A DNA stretch of 64,000 nt, from NCBI GenBank assembly GCA_964016885.1, contig OZ024741.1, positions 384,586,001 to 384,650,000 on the forward strand, in the 5' to 3' direction. Within the stretch, counting starts at the first letter, position 1; the number at the start of each line of letters is the position of its first letter. The notes beneath the pieces were generated by a model. The model had not been told where the DNA came from, ran no database searches, and worked only from the letters and a program-made list of their open reading frames with translations. The DNA is from Eledone cirrhosa. Lineage: Eukaryota. Positions 26,022 through 39,581 of the stretch are shown one piece after another. A program made the translations under genes and the position numbers.

Positions 26022-27386
26022 TATATTTAGTTTGATTTATAATTATTTGGGAAACTAGCCGATAAATCTTTCGATTTCTTCTTTTTTATTCTTCTTTTTA
26101 TTTTTATTTTTATTTAAACATTCTTCATGGAAAATTAAACTACCCTAAAAGTTGATGCTCCAAATATTTCGAATAAACGTTACACTAGATAAACTTCTAT
26201 ATTAAATATAAGAACACATGTAGACCAAATGGGCATCCTAAACTTTTTGAAATGATTTTTGCTAGATGCGATTTGATAAATAATTTTTAGCTTTATCTGT
26301 TTTCGACTCTGATGCTTATAATGAACTTGGCAATATATTGTCAATTAATTTTGAAGGGTTGATCTTTGTGGTTTATTTTTATTATTGTAGTATTTTCTAA
26401 TATTTTTATTTTTAATATGTAATATTTTTAATATGTAATATTTTTTCGTAATATTTTTTAGTTTTCTATTTTATTATTATTTATTTATTATTATTATTAT
26501 TATTATTGTTGTTTTTTGGTTTTTGTTTCTGATATATTTTTTATTAATATATTGAAGTCTGCTCTCTATTTCTGCTTGATAGATAATCTTGTAGAGTAAA
26601 GACAAGAATAGTAGTAATATAGACTCTATATATATGTGTGTATATATATACACATATGTGTATACTTAAATTTTTATAGCACAATGAGAATGTTTTCGTG
26701 TGAACTTAGGGTTTGCAGAGTTGATCATGTAAATTCACATCGATGTTTGTAGTTATCATATAAACATATGAATTTTTTAAAACTAAACATAAGATCATTA
26801 CTTTTCACACATTATGGATACGTGTCTCATTCAGGAATACTGATATTTTCAATATAGTGCCTGGTTTTTATACATATTTTTTATACATATTAATACTTCT
26901 ACATTAAAACATAGGGTTTTTATGCCTCGCCTATGTCTGGTGACTTTTCATTTTTCTCTCTATATAACAGCTGGTTTCTCTCCTAACCACATATATCTCC
27001 CTTACATTAATACTAGAGCTAAATAAATAAATAAATAAATAAATGTATCATTGATACGTTTACTCAACGGATGTCCAACTACATATTTTTCTATATATCT
27101 ATCTATCTCTATCTATTCCCTCTCTCTATATATATCTCTCTCTGTTTCTTTACATGAAGTTCTTCTCTTTATCTATCTTTCCATCTCTCTATTTTGTTCC
27201 ATGCATTTCTTCTTTTTCTTCTTTTTCTTCTTTTTCTTCTTTTTCTTCGTTTTCTGTTTTTCTTTCCTTTTTTCTCTCTTTCTTTCTTTCTGTCTACAAT
27301 TTTTTCACTGCCAATTCAACTTTTCAAATACAAGTCGATGTTGTACGGTATGTCAAATCTATTTATCTATAAAACTGTTTATATTG

Positions 27387-27452
27387 TATTTTGTCTGAGG
27401 AAGGCATAGCATATTGTTAATATGATATCCCTGAAATATATATAACGAAATA
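27387..27452 (+). ncRNA. Type-I hammerhead in the PLE pLTR; mirror copy at 24463-24528 on the minus strand
   Basis: tattttgt CTGAGGA agg..catatt gtt aatatg..cct GAAA TATATA TA acgaaata. Confidence 0.85.
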
Positions 27453-27772
27453 AATATGGTTTTATAAATATAGTTTCCATTTATTTAATATCGTATATAT
27501 ATATATATATATATTCAGAAGAGATTGTTTTGGTAAAAACAGGAGCAAGCAGGAGAAAGCTCTCAACATTCGTAATTTGTAGTTACGATGGAGATTCAGT
27601 ATAATAATTGTTTCTACTTTAGGCACAAGGCCAGCAATTACCCAGTGCATTACTGGTACTTTATTTTATCGACCCCGTAAGGATGAAAGGCAAAGTCAAC
27701 CTCGGCGGGATTTGAACTCAGATCGTTAAGGGACGTAACTATGCTGGAAATTCAGTATAATAATAACATGAA

Positions 27773-28066
27773 TAAAGATGCTAATGTTACATAAATTGTT
27801 TATTCATTACAATTATTTCAAAGGTTCTTCCATGCAATCAAGATGTAAGTCATGCATTTGTTTTTGTTATGAGAACGGTATCCTCAGACATATGTTTGCT
27901 GGATGCACGTGTTTTTCCTGCCAGCGGCATATCACAAAATCGAATTTCATCTGAGGATACCGTTCTCATAACAACAACAAATGCATGACTTACATCTTGA
28001 TTGCATGGGAGAACCGTTTGAATAATTATAATGAATAAACGACTTATGTAACATCAGCATCTTTAT
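27773..28066. ncRNA. Foldback insert with hammerheads that have an extended stem II (plus copy 27946-28035, minus copy 27803-27887)
   Basis: ttcat CTGAGGA taccgttctc..(insert)..gagaaccgttt GAA(A) TAATT(A/G) TA atgaa. Confidence 0.72.
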
Positions 28067-28282
28067 AAATATTATTAATATTATATATATAAGGGCAGTG
28101 GATTGGCAGTATCGGTAGAGGGTTGAACGCCATGCTTTGCATCATAGAGTTACGGCCCTTTATGATCTGAGTTCAAATCCCGCTGAGGTTAACTTTGCCT
28201 TCCATCCTTGCGGGGTCGATAAAATAAAGTACCAGTAATCCACTGTGGCAATTGCTGGCCTTGTGCCAAAAGTAGAAACAAT

Positions 28283-28726
28283 TATTATTATTATTATTAT
28301 TATTACAGTTGCATTTATCTTGCTTTATGTTCATACGAGTTATCACCAAGTCACAACCAGTGACCTCAAGAGACAACAAGGTCCGCCATGTTCAAGAAAG
28401 AACATACATACACACACATGCATCTTTAGTGTTTAGACTTGTGATGTACTTATATTGACAGAATCTTCCTTAGTATATGGGCAGTTCCCATTAGTACTAT
28501 CTTTTGTATTTCTCCTATACGCGGGTTTCCTGGGATTTGCGATAAGTAATCATTAGACCCCTTAGGTATCATTCCCAGAGCGCCTACAACCACTGGTATT
28601 GTTTTAGTTCTCAATTTCCACATTTTTCCAATTTCTATCTCCAGGTCCTTATACTTACTCAATTTTTCAAATGTTTTTATAGATACATTCTTGTCTATTG
28701 GAACAGACATATCAATTACCAGGCAT
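28283..28726 (-). mobile_element. R4/Dong-type (RLE) LINE 3' fragment in (TAA)n
   Basis: LVIDMSVPIDKNV...EKLSKYKDLEIEI...IPVVVGALG is a restriction-like endonuclease end. (TAA)n lies on both sides. Confidence 0.85.
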
Positions 28727-28768
28727 ATTATTATTATTATTAATATTATTATTATTATTATTATTATA

Positions 28769-29202
28769 TACTAGCAGAATGGCCCGGCGTTGCTCGGGAT
28801 TCTAAACATAGATTAGCACGTTTATCCCTCCTTTCTGAAACAGTTTCGTCGTATGTTCACCAATTGATGCAGAAGTCCTAATAAAAAGTGAAGTCGCCTT
28901 GGGTGAATAGGCAAATAATTTTCCATTAAGCATTTTCAAAAACATGTAATTGCGTTCCCTCTCTTTTTTGTTGTTGCTTTTGCTGCTGTTGAGCCTCGTG
29001 AAATAAATACGTTTGTTTATATTTTGTTATTGTGTAAGCAAAAATATCTGTACACGAATATATAATTTTTATATATATATATTAAAATAACAGGTTAAAG
29101 TTTAAGCGAAGAATCGCTGCTTTCACCCTTAACGGGATCTTCTGAAACTAAAAAAATCAAACTGTGAACGCAGAAATAAATATTTCGAAAAACGTTACTC
29201 AC

Positions 29203-29234
<32 letters not shown>

Positions 29235-29478
29235 TACACACACAGATAGCGAAGTCAATGTCGTAATGCAGAGAGCCAGACATACAGACAGATATTATAA
29301 GGGCGCGACGTTCCGGCGCCTAATGCGGTCCCTAGGGCATTGAAATCTTGAAATATATTTTGCTCAAAACACTCACATGACCATAAGTATTACATGTGTA
29401 AAGTTTGAAAAAAGTCGGTTGGGTGGTTCTCGAGTTTTAGGGAGTCAGGTAGACAGACATTCTCTGTTTTAGATAGAT
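28769..29478 (+). mobile_element. Non-autonomous Helitron/Helentron-associated (HINE-like) element with a nested insert at 29083-29200
   Basis: Starts tactagc...cccggcgttgctcggg and ends aaagtttgaaaaaagtcggttg...gacagacattct...agatagat, termini typical of this class. Confidence 0.6.
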
Positions 29479-29495
29479 ACATATATATATATACA

Positions 29496-29562
<67 letters not shown>

Positions 29563-29565
<3 letters not shown>

Positions 29566-29868
29566 TTAAATTTGGTGGTTGACCACTGAGTAGAATTGGT
29601 CATTCCTCAATGTTAATCATGATGTGATATTAGGAAAGCACTCGATGTTACGCATCTCATCCATTTTTTATGTTGAATTGTGTTGGTGGTGCGAGAATGG
29701 CGTTAAATTATATCATAGGGTAAAATGATAGGAGGCCAATCAGCTGGTGTTTACAGTACAAGAGAATAATCAATTTAATAATTGTATATTAGTTTAACGC
29801 TTAATAGACTGGGGAAAAACGTCTTAACATTTCCGGCGCTAGTCTTTCATCAGATGAGAAAAACATTT

Positions 29869-29939
<71 letters not shown>

Positions 29940-30420
29940 AAAAGAGTCACGACCCCGACGGCTGAGCTTCGGCGGTTTCGACAGCTAGTTTCAAACCGTT
30001 CGGATCTAGCTGTCGAAACTGCCGGAGCTCAGCTGTCGGGGTCCTACTCATTTCCTATTACCCACTCTACTACCCTAAGTATTGAGTACTCTGGTCTGTT
30101 ATGATCTACCTGGTATCTTACCACACCCTCTTTGTATATGTGTGTGTGGGGGTGGGGGTGGAAAGAGAGAGATGAATAAATAGATAGATAGACAGACGTA
30201 TATATAGAGAGAGGGTGAGAGATGAGTGACTAACAACATGTGCTTTCTGCTTTCTTTCTCTGTTTTCTCTTTTTACTCTTGTTTGTCTTCCATTTTCTTC
30301 TCTCTTCTAAACAACCTCTATACTCTGTTTCTATCATCCGATGAAGGACTAGCGCCGGAAATGTTAAGATGTTTTTTTTTCCCCAGTCTATTAAGCGTTA
30401 AACTAATATACCATTATTAT
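29563..30420. mobile_element. Old foldback insert: tail, minus-strand HHR remnant (~29820-29855) and plus-strand remnant (~30335-30372), with another foldback (29938-30135) nested in its spacer
   Basis: Arms share c(t/c)gatgaa(a/g)gactagcgccggaaatgttaaga...ccccagtctattaagcgttaaactaatatac. Confidence 0.7.
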
Positions 30421-32724
30421 ATTGCATTATTTTCATGGCAGTATCGGTGGAGTGTCGGACGCCATGCTTTCCAGCATAGTTACGTCTCTTTACGATCTGA
30501 GTTCAAATCCCGCCGAGGTTGACTTTCCCTTTCATCCTTACGGGGTCGATAAAATAAAGTACCAGTAATGCACTGAGTAATTGCTGGCCTTGTGCCTAAA
30601 AGTAGAAACACTTATTTTCATGTACTGTAAACGGCAGTTGATCGGAAGAGCGAACACTATGCTTTGCGACATATAGTTACGGCTCTTTATGTTTTGAGTT
30701 CAATTCCCGCCGAGGTTAACTTTACCTTCCATCCTTACGGGATCGATAAAATGAAGCACCAGTAGCGACTTTCCCCTCCCCATTCGTTTTTAAGACCGTT
30801 TTTAAGACCGTAGAATATGATTTGAATGACATTATGCAGCTATTTCGGCGATGAATTTGTTTTGCAAGGTTTTTGATAAGAAATCGTGTGTTGAAACAAA
30901 TATTGTTATATTTGGGGAGGGTCATGTTGTTATAATATTGCCAGAAATCTATAGTAAAACACACTCACAGTGAGTGTGTTTTACTATATATTTCTGGCAA
31001 TATTATAACAACATGACCTTCCCCAAATATAACAATATGCAGCTATTTCTAACAGGCTGAACACCTACGTATAGTTATGTTGGCTTGCCTAAGGTGTATG
31101 TTTTGTAGCGTAGTGTGGTGCAATGGTGGTTGCCAGTGATAGTTGAGTGTATAGGAATATTTGATGCTAAAGTAACAGTTAAATGTATGAAGTTAACAAG
31201 TTCTGTGGATTCATTGCAAACAATATATTATTAATTCTTTCTAACGCTTTCTTAAACTTATCTATTTTAAGTTTGTTATTATTCGGTTGATAATAATATC
31301 TTCCTAACATATAACAATTTTATATCTATTTCGTGTTAGAGAAATGTAATGTCTTTTTTTTTGTGTGTGTGTGTGTATGTGTATATATATGTGTGTATGT
31401 GTCTGTGTGTTATTTCTAAATACATTAATCTCTTTTCTCTCTAAGCAACCAATTTTATGGACTGTTCAACTGTTTTAATAGAATGTCAGTCAACTCGTTT
31501 TAAAGTTTCAGTGTGTTTACGTTGCAAAATGTAATACCTCTGTCTATTATTATACTGTAACCCTCCATTGTTGGTCAAGGATGTTTAGTCATACGAGGCT
31601 CAACATTGAGAGAATGCTGAATGTTGGAAAACCCGTATGTTCGTTGTAGTAGTGTTCTCACGTGATCTACGTTATACATCTGTTCGAACACACTCTTTCG
31701 ATATTTATATAGAATTTAGGTGTGTGTGTGGGGGGGGGGGGTAAGTATTCTTTTGGCACTTGTCAATATTGGTGTTATTACTGTTTTGAGTTTCCTTACA
31801 TTTAAGCGTTGCTGATTAATTAATTGTTTCTACTTTTGGCACAAGGACAGCAATTAATCCAGTGTATTACTGGTACTTTATTTTATCGACCCCGTAAGGA
31901 TGAAAGGCAAAGTTAACCTCGGCGGGATTTGAACTCAGAATGGCAAGGGCCGCAACTCTATGCGTCAAAGCATGGTGTCCGACCCTCTCCCGATACTGAC
32001 AAGAAAGTATTATTTATGCGGTGGATTGGTAGTATCGGTAGAGGGTCGGACGCCATGCTTTCCAGCATAGTTACGTCCCTTTACGATCTGAGTTCAAATC
32101 CCGCCGAGGTTGACTTTGCCTTTCATCCTTACGGGGTCGATAAAATAAAGTACCAGTAATGCACTGGGTAATTGCTGGCCTTGTGCTTAAAGTAGAAACA
32201 ATTATTTATGCGGTTGACTTTGCCTTTCATCCTTACGGGGGTCGATAAAATAAAGTACCAGTAATGCACTGGGTATTTGCTGGCCTTGTGCTTAAAGTAG
32301 AAACAATTATTTATGCGGTGGATTGGCAGTATCGGTAGAGAGTCGGATGCCATGCTTTGACACATAGAGTTACGGCCCTTGCCATTCTGAGTTCAAATCC
32401 CGCCGAGGTTAACTTTGCCTTTCATCCTTACGGGGTAGATAAAATAAAGTACCAGTAATGCACTGGGTATTTGCTGGCCTTGTGCCAAAAGTAGAAACAA
32501 TTATTTATATTGTAAGAGCACGACTATAGATAAAGGATCATATTAAGAAACACTAAATATATAATTGTTTCTACTTTTAGAACAAGGCCAGCAACTACCC
32601 AGTACATTACTGGTACTTTATTTTATCGACCCCGTAAGGGTGAAAGGCAAAGTTATCAGTTATTTCTCACTCATTCATACAAGAAGTTAATGTAGATGAC
32701 AACGTAGATATAAACATGACCATA

Positions 32725-33852
32725 CTATAGAATTCCTGACACATTTCATTCAACAGCAATCGAATCCAGCTGCCATACAAGCTACTCTAGTATTCAAAGA
32801 AAAATTAAATTGAAATATCAGCAATAAGTTATTAATGGTAGTGTTTACTGTTTAGATAACATTCAAGTAGCTGCTATTGTTGCTAAAATAAGGTAGTATT
32901 ATGGAGCGTGTAACTCCTGAGGAAGTCGAAGAGACACTGCATTGGCATACGACGTATCTTAGGCATTCTATAAATGATAATGAGGGTGAGAGAATGGAAG
33001 TGAAAAAGAGATGTAGAAGAATAATCAACCTCAGTACTAGACTGGTACTTTTTTATCGACCTCGAATGGATGAAAGGCAAGGTTAACCTCGGCGGGATTT
33101 GAACTCAAAGAAAAAAGCACTCCGTCGGTTACGATGACAAGTGTTCCAGTTGATACAATCAACGGAACAGACTGCTCGTGAAATTAACGTGCAAGTGGCC
33201 GAGCATTCCACAAATACGCGTACCCTTAACGTATTTCTCGGGGAGATTCAGCGTGACACAGAATGTGAGAAGGCTGATCATTCGACTTACAGGAACTACT
33301 CATTTTTGCCGGCTGATTGGACTGGAGCAACGTGAAATAAAGTGTTTTGTTCAACGACACATGCACCGCCAGGATTCGAACTCATAACCTTATGATCGTG
33401 AGCCGAACACTTTAGCTAGAAAGCCACGCGCCTCATTGAATTTAGAGAGCAGAGAGCCGAAACGAGTACCGCAAATCATCCAACATTCCAACGACTCTAC
33501 CAATTCGCCGAAGATAAGGTAAACAAACTTTAAAATAACCTGAACAGACGTGGATGTCTGTGATTAGGTGGTTCGCTTTCCAACTATATGACTTTGGTTC
33601 TGGTTCGATCCCACATTAGGCAAGGAGCTTTTTAGCATAGTTTGTTCAGGTTATTTTAAAGTTAGTCTACCTTATCTTAGCAACAATAGCAACTATTTGA
33701 ATGTTATCTAAACAGTGAACATTACCATTAATAAATTATAGTCGTATAATTAGAAGTGATATTTCAATATAATTAATCTTTGAATAATACAGTAGATTGT
33801 ATGGCAGCTGGATTGAATTATCGTTCTATGAAATATCTCATGAATTCTATAT
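32725..33852. repeat. Old inverted repeat (32725-32896 / 33667-33852) enclosing nested SINEs and a smaller IR (33528-33552 / 33640-33671)
   Basis: aatccagctgccatacaa / ttgtatggcagctggatt and ctgtttagataacattcaa / ttgaatgttatctaaacag. Confidence 0.75.
33113..33435 (-). mobile_element. Near full-length SINE family B inserted into a SINE family A copy (33020-33110 + 33436-33510)
   Basis: The host SINE resumes after the insert. Diverged TSD-like pair ttgaactcaaag / ttgaatttagag. Confidence 0.8.
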
Positions 33853-33854
33853 TA

Positions 33855-33911
<57 letters not shown>

Positions 33912-33913
<2 letters not shown>

Positions 33914-34674
33914 AGTTAAAACAATGAAATAAAAATAAAGTCATTAGAAATATACTTCACTGCTTTACAATCGTTTCTAGGTGATGATAATACATTGTAG
34001 CTATACTCCGTTATTGATCTATGTAAGGTTAGTTACAAAATATCAGATAAAGACAATATTTACTTACATGCATATCACCAGCTGTTTTCAAAAGCAATAA
34101 TAATTTTATTCAAAATTAGTAGTATGTTAGTATCATGTCCTTTTTTGGAGGTAGTTGAAGAACTAGATTTTATGCCAATTCTACTATTAACACCATTCAA
34201 CCATTCCTTTCAAAAGGTCATGACCTCAACTAAAGTGTATTACTTTTATCTTAACACCATATGAAAAAAACAATTTGATTGGTTAGTTCTTCAACCATCT
34301 CCAAGTAAGGACATGATACGAACATACTACTAATTCTAAATAAAATTATTATTGCTTTTGAAAACAGCTGGTGATATGCATGTAAGTAAATATTCTTTTA
34401 TCTGATATTTTGTAACTAACCTTACATAGATCAATAACGGAGTATAGCTACAATGTATTATCATCACCTAGAAACGATCGTAAAGCAGTGAAGTATATCT
34501 CTAATGAATTGATTTTTTTTATTTCATTGTTTTAACTTATATCATGACTGTTTTCCTTTTAATGTTTTATTGTTTTCCGGGATTTATCTTAACCTACAAC
34601 ATTTTCAACATATGGATTACATCGAGTTCTTCATGCAGAATAGCCCCCACAACTTACTGTGGATACCTCTGTGC

Positions 34675-34675
<1 letters not shown>
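33912..34675. mobile_element. Foldback insert (arms ~33912-34142 / 34307-34540) plus right tail; U3-A8 hammerhead candidate with a large stem-II insertion at 34353-34487
   Basis: tgctt TTGAAAA cagctggtgat..(~90 nt)..atcaccta GAAA CGATCG TA aagca. Confidence 0.7.
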
Positions 34676-34714
<39 letters not shown>

Positions 34715-35080
34715 ACTAAAGTCTGTCTTAAGCCAGAAGGCTCATTTGGCCGGTGCTTATCCCGGTTTCATGGCGTGAAGCGACTGAGAGTACAAGACAC
34801 CCCCCAATTGACAGTACGCCAGTTCATCGCAGGGTTAAACCTCCAGCTATTGCTGGTACTCATTTTCAGCTGAGTATACTGGAGCAACGTGAAATGAAGT
34901 GTTTTGCTCAAGAACACAACACGCAACCCAGGAATCGAGCCCACGACATTATGATCGTAAGTCCAACACCCTTACCACTAGGCCACGTGCCTCCTATACA
35001 TATATATAAATATATATATATAATATACATATATATATATATATATGTATATATATTTTATATATATATATAATATATAT

Positions 35081-35422
<342 letters not shown>

Positions 35423-35687
35423 AAATATTTGCTCTACGGTTCCTATATATTTTATATATATTTATCCTTATCGAGCCCTCTTTGGATTTTAGTCTTCAAA
35501 TTTATTATTATTACTATATATATATGTAGTGTGTGGGGGGGAGCATATATATATGTGTGTGTATGTGTATACATACACAAACACACACACACAGAAGTGT
35601 GTCCAGTTTTATTTTGCACTTACGCACGGTCGCAATTGGCGTCGTTTTTTATGAATGATGCTTAAATATATATATGTGTGGGTGTAC

Positions 35688-35721
<34 letters not shown>

Positions 35722-35747
35722 TGTGAGAGAGAGATTTATATATATAC

Positions 35748-36220
35748 ATTCGGTATATAAGGATGCAATTAACGTCTAGCACTCGACGTCATGTTACTTC
35801 TTAAAAACAAGGATGGCGGGGTGTATTTATAAAGAGAAAAATGCTAAGTTGTAGATGTTAGAGTATTTTATTAATTGAGCCGTTATACATATTTCCATGG
35901 CGATAGATATCGGGATTTCTTCAGACAACAAATATTGAGTAAAAGGTAACATTTCCCAGGTAATTATGGGTAGAAGGGAGTGGACTAAAAAAGTATGTTT
36001 CCGTTTTGGATGTCCGCTCCCTTCTAACTTTCAGAACATCCTGACAGCCCTGCACAGACGCAGAGGTGTGGGTGGCTGACCACTCAACTACCACCCAGAA
36101 TGCTACTAACCTTATTTGTTCTCTCTAGCCACCAGTCCCCCACAACCTATCTATCGTCATAGAAATATGTATAACGGCTCAATTAATAAAAGACTAACAT
36201 CTACAACTTCACATTTTCCT

Positions 36221-36226
<6 letters not shown>
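35748..36226. mobile_element. Foldback insert (arms ~35828-35909 / 36149-36226) with left tail and a minus-strand hammerhead at 35879-35929
   Basis: Sense: gttgt CTGAAGA aatcc cgat atct atcg ccatg GAAA TATGTA TA acggc. Confidence 0.7.
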
Positions 36227-36262
<36 letters not shown>

Positions 36263-36355
36263 CGAAGGAATTGTGGTAAGGAACCAGATGGACCATAACG
36301 CACCAAAGTACTCAATACTTAGGGTAGTAGAGTGGGAAATAGGAACAAGTATGAC

Positions 36356-36405
<50 letters not shown>

Positions 36406-36409
<4 letters not shown>

Positions 36410-37000
36410 ACATTTATTTTTGAGACACGAAACCGATTCGGTAAAGGTAACCATAGTGAGTACAGTGAATTTTTTTTAATTTATTTTGAAGCTTTTTCTT
36501 ATTTGCTAAACCTTGATTATATATGTTCTGGCTCGTTAATTTATTAACCTGCCATTGAACCACATTGGCATATGGTTGGACAATACATGTGTTCCTGGAC
36601 GCTTTTTGCGTGTAGGGATATATACTTTATTATTATTATGCTCCTCTTGGTCGAGAAAAAATTTGGTCGTTTTGACTGCTGCTATTTATAGTGATAGTAG
36701 ACTGACCTCCCTGCCTCTGCTTCTATCTTTACACACGGCATTGGACAGAATTGCTTCCACATCATTCATTCTCATCTCGGGAACAATTTTGAATAGCGCC
36801 AATTCGTAATTTGAACTCGGGAATTTTATATTCTCCGAGTGAAAAGAACCTTCTGACGAGAGTTTATCTTTTCAATGGAAGGCCGCAAGTACTGTCCATT
36901 TATTTTTGAGACTCGAAACCGATTCGGTAAAGGTAACCATAGTGAGTAGAGTGAATTTTTTTAATTTATTTTGAAGCTTTTTCTTATTTGCTAAACCGTG

Positions 37001-37005
<5 letters not shown>
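36406..37005 (+). mobile_element. ~600-bp non-coding element with ~110-bp terminal direct repeats (36411-36520 / 36898-37005) in (TA)n; retrozyme or non-autonomous PLE-like
   Basis: Direct repeats 486 nt apart. The first holds only the 3' half of the HHR, the second completes it. Confidence 0.8.
36848..36934 (+). ncRNA. Complete type-I hammerhead with a true stem III and a long stem II
   Basis: acctt CTGACGA gagtt..(insert)..gactc GAAA ccg att cgg TA aaggt. Confidence 0.88.
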
Positions 37006-37065
<60 letters not shown>

Positions 37066-37068
<3 letters not shown>

Positions 37069-38885
37069 TTTGTTGGTTCACCATTGGATAGAACTGGTCA
37101 TTCCGTATGGTCAATCCTGGTGTAATATTGTGAAGAGTACTCAACGCAGTGCAGTTCACTCATCTTCGTTTGTGTAATTGGTGGTGCGAATACGGAGTTA
37201 ATTATAAATGAAATAAAATAACAGGAGGCTGGACTGGTGTAAATCCTTGAAAGGTTTATTATACTATGATCATTTCAATGACCGGGTTCCATATGAATCC
37301 GGTGATATCATCAGGTATTGGAATATAACAAAGGAATATGTAAAAACCATGGGTCCGAAAAATCAGAGACAGAGACAGAGAGGACGACTGACCAACTAGC
37401 TTCTCGGCCAGTCGCCCTCAAAGTGTTGGCAACTGAAGCTACTAATGAATATCTGGTGAGGGGGAGAAGGCTTATAATGCACTACCACCACTCCGTCAAA
37501 GAAGAAGGGGAAGAAAGAAAGGGAGAAAGAAGTGTAGTGTAAAGGGTCATACTACATTCATGCTAGAAAATGCCGCGAAAAAATGCTACTCAAGAGAATC
37601 TATAATGGGTGTCTGTATGGTCTAATGTGTGAACCGAAGATTGGAACGTTAAACTGATGTTGCGAGTTATAGGATGAAATTAAATTAAATTAAAAATATT
37701 AAATTGCAAAATGATAAATTGAAAAATAAGTTATTAGAGAATTAAAGATTAAGGTAGCGAGATTTATTTATTTAATGAACTTACGGAGAGAGTCTTATAT
37801 GAAAAAATTTATCTCGATAAGATATTAGGATGGGATATAGAGTAATGATTTCGATTGGGAGTCCCAGCCAGCACACCCCCACCATGAGTCAGCCAGTCTC
37901 GAGTGGTATCGTCCAGCGAAAGAAATGGAAATTAATTTTTCCGAGTACTCTAGGAACGTAGCTACCTTAGACTTCCGGAGCGCTAGCGGGAACTATTAGC
38001 TGTATCATGCCTCTACTGGCACGTAAATAAACCCCTCATGTGGGATTTAATAGTATTCGTTTGGTATAGACGATGGCCTGTCGAAATTGAGGAGTTCCCG
38101 CTAGCGCTCCGGAAGTCTAAGGTAGCTACGTTCCTAGAGTACTCGGGAAAATTAATTTCCATTTCTTTCGCTGGACGATACCACTCGAGACTGGCTGACT
38201 CATGGTGGGGGTGTGCTGGCTGGGACTCCCAATCGAAATCATTACTCTATATCCCATCCTAATATCATATCGAGATAAATTTTTTCATATAAGACTCTCT
38301 CTGTAAGTTCATTAAATAAATAAATCTCGCTACCTTAATCTTTAATTCTCTAATAACTTATTTTTCAATTTATCATTTTGCAATTTAATATTTTTAATTT
38401 AATTTAATTTCATCCTATAACTCGCAACATCAGTTTAACGTTCCAATCTTCGGTTCACACATTAGACCATACAGACACCCATTATAGATTCTCTTGAGTA
38501 GCATTTTTTCGCGGCATTTTCTAGCATGAATGTAGTATGACCCTTTACACTACACTTCTTTCTCCCTTTCTTTCTTCCCCTTCTTCTTTGACGGAGTGGT
38601 GGTAGTGCATTATAAGCCTTCGCCCCCTCACCAGATATTCATTAGTAGCTTCAGTTGCCAACACTTTGAGGGCGACTGGCCGAGAAGCTAGTTGGTCAGT
38701 CGTCCTCTCTGTCTCTGTCTCTGATTTTTCGGACCTATGGTTTTTTACATATTCCTTTGTTATATTCCAATACCTGATGATATCACCGGTTTCATATGGA
38801 ACCCGGTCATTGAAATGATCATAGTATAATAAACCTTTCAAGGATTTACACCAGTCCAGCCTCCTGTTATTTTATTTCATTTATA
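37066..38885. mobile_element. Large PLE-type foldback: ~790-bp near-identical inverted arms (37203-37994 / 38093-38885), 98-bp spacer, left tail 37066-37202
   Basis: The arms mirror each other (the same ORF text appears on both strands in the track). HHRs at 37261-37318 (minus) and 38770-38827 (plus): atac CTGATGA..accgg..ccggt..GAAA TGATCA TA gtat. Confidence 0.92.
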
Positions 38886-38932
38886 TATATATATATATGT
38901 ATGTATGTATATATGTATATATATATATATAT

Positions 38933-39326
38933 AATATAAGATCAAAAGATGGTTAAAGGAGTTCCATGTATTTTATTATGCGCATTTCAAAAACAAACAT
39001 CATCATGCAATAATATTTGTGTTTTCATCAGATAAAACAGGAGAACATGATATGAAGGCTAAAAAACACTTGTGGATAGTGCAGTTTTAAATCAACATAT
39101 CTATCCACAAGTGTTTTTTAGCCTTCATATCATGTTCTGTTTTATCTGATGAAAACACAAATATTATTGCATGATGATGTTTGTTTTTGAAATGCGCATA
39201 ATAAAATACATGGAACTTTAACCATCTTTTGATCTTATATTATATATACTCCAGTCCTACAAACTGTAGAGTGCTTCTTATCCGATATCTGCATTGCTTT
39301 ATTGTACTACAATAAAACTCACCTCC

Positions 39327-39330
<4 letters not shown>
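38933..39330. ncRNA. Foldback insert (arms ~38933-39079 / 39101-39245) plus right tail, with intact hammerheads at 38971-39037 (minus) and 39140-39206 (plus)
   Basis: ttttat CTGATGA aaacacaaatattatt gcat gatgatgtttgttttt GAAA TGCGCA TA ataaaa. Confidence 0.88.
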
Positions 39331-39377
<47 letters not shown>

Positions 39378-39383
39378 ATATAT

Positions 39384-39434
<51 letters not shown>

Positions 39435-39437
39435 ATG

Positions 39438-39485
<48 letters not shown>

Positions 39486-39546
39486 CATACATATATATAT
39501 ATATATATAATTACATACATATATATATATATATATATATGTATGT

Positions 39547-39581
<35 letters not shown>

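Noticed and set aside
32017-32510. CRISPR-like repeat array
   Set aside because: Tandem SINE copies in eukaryotic DNA; no unique spacers and no cas genes.
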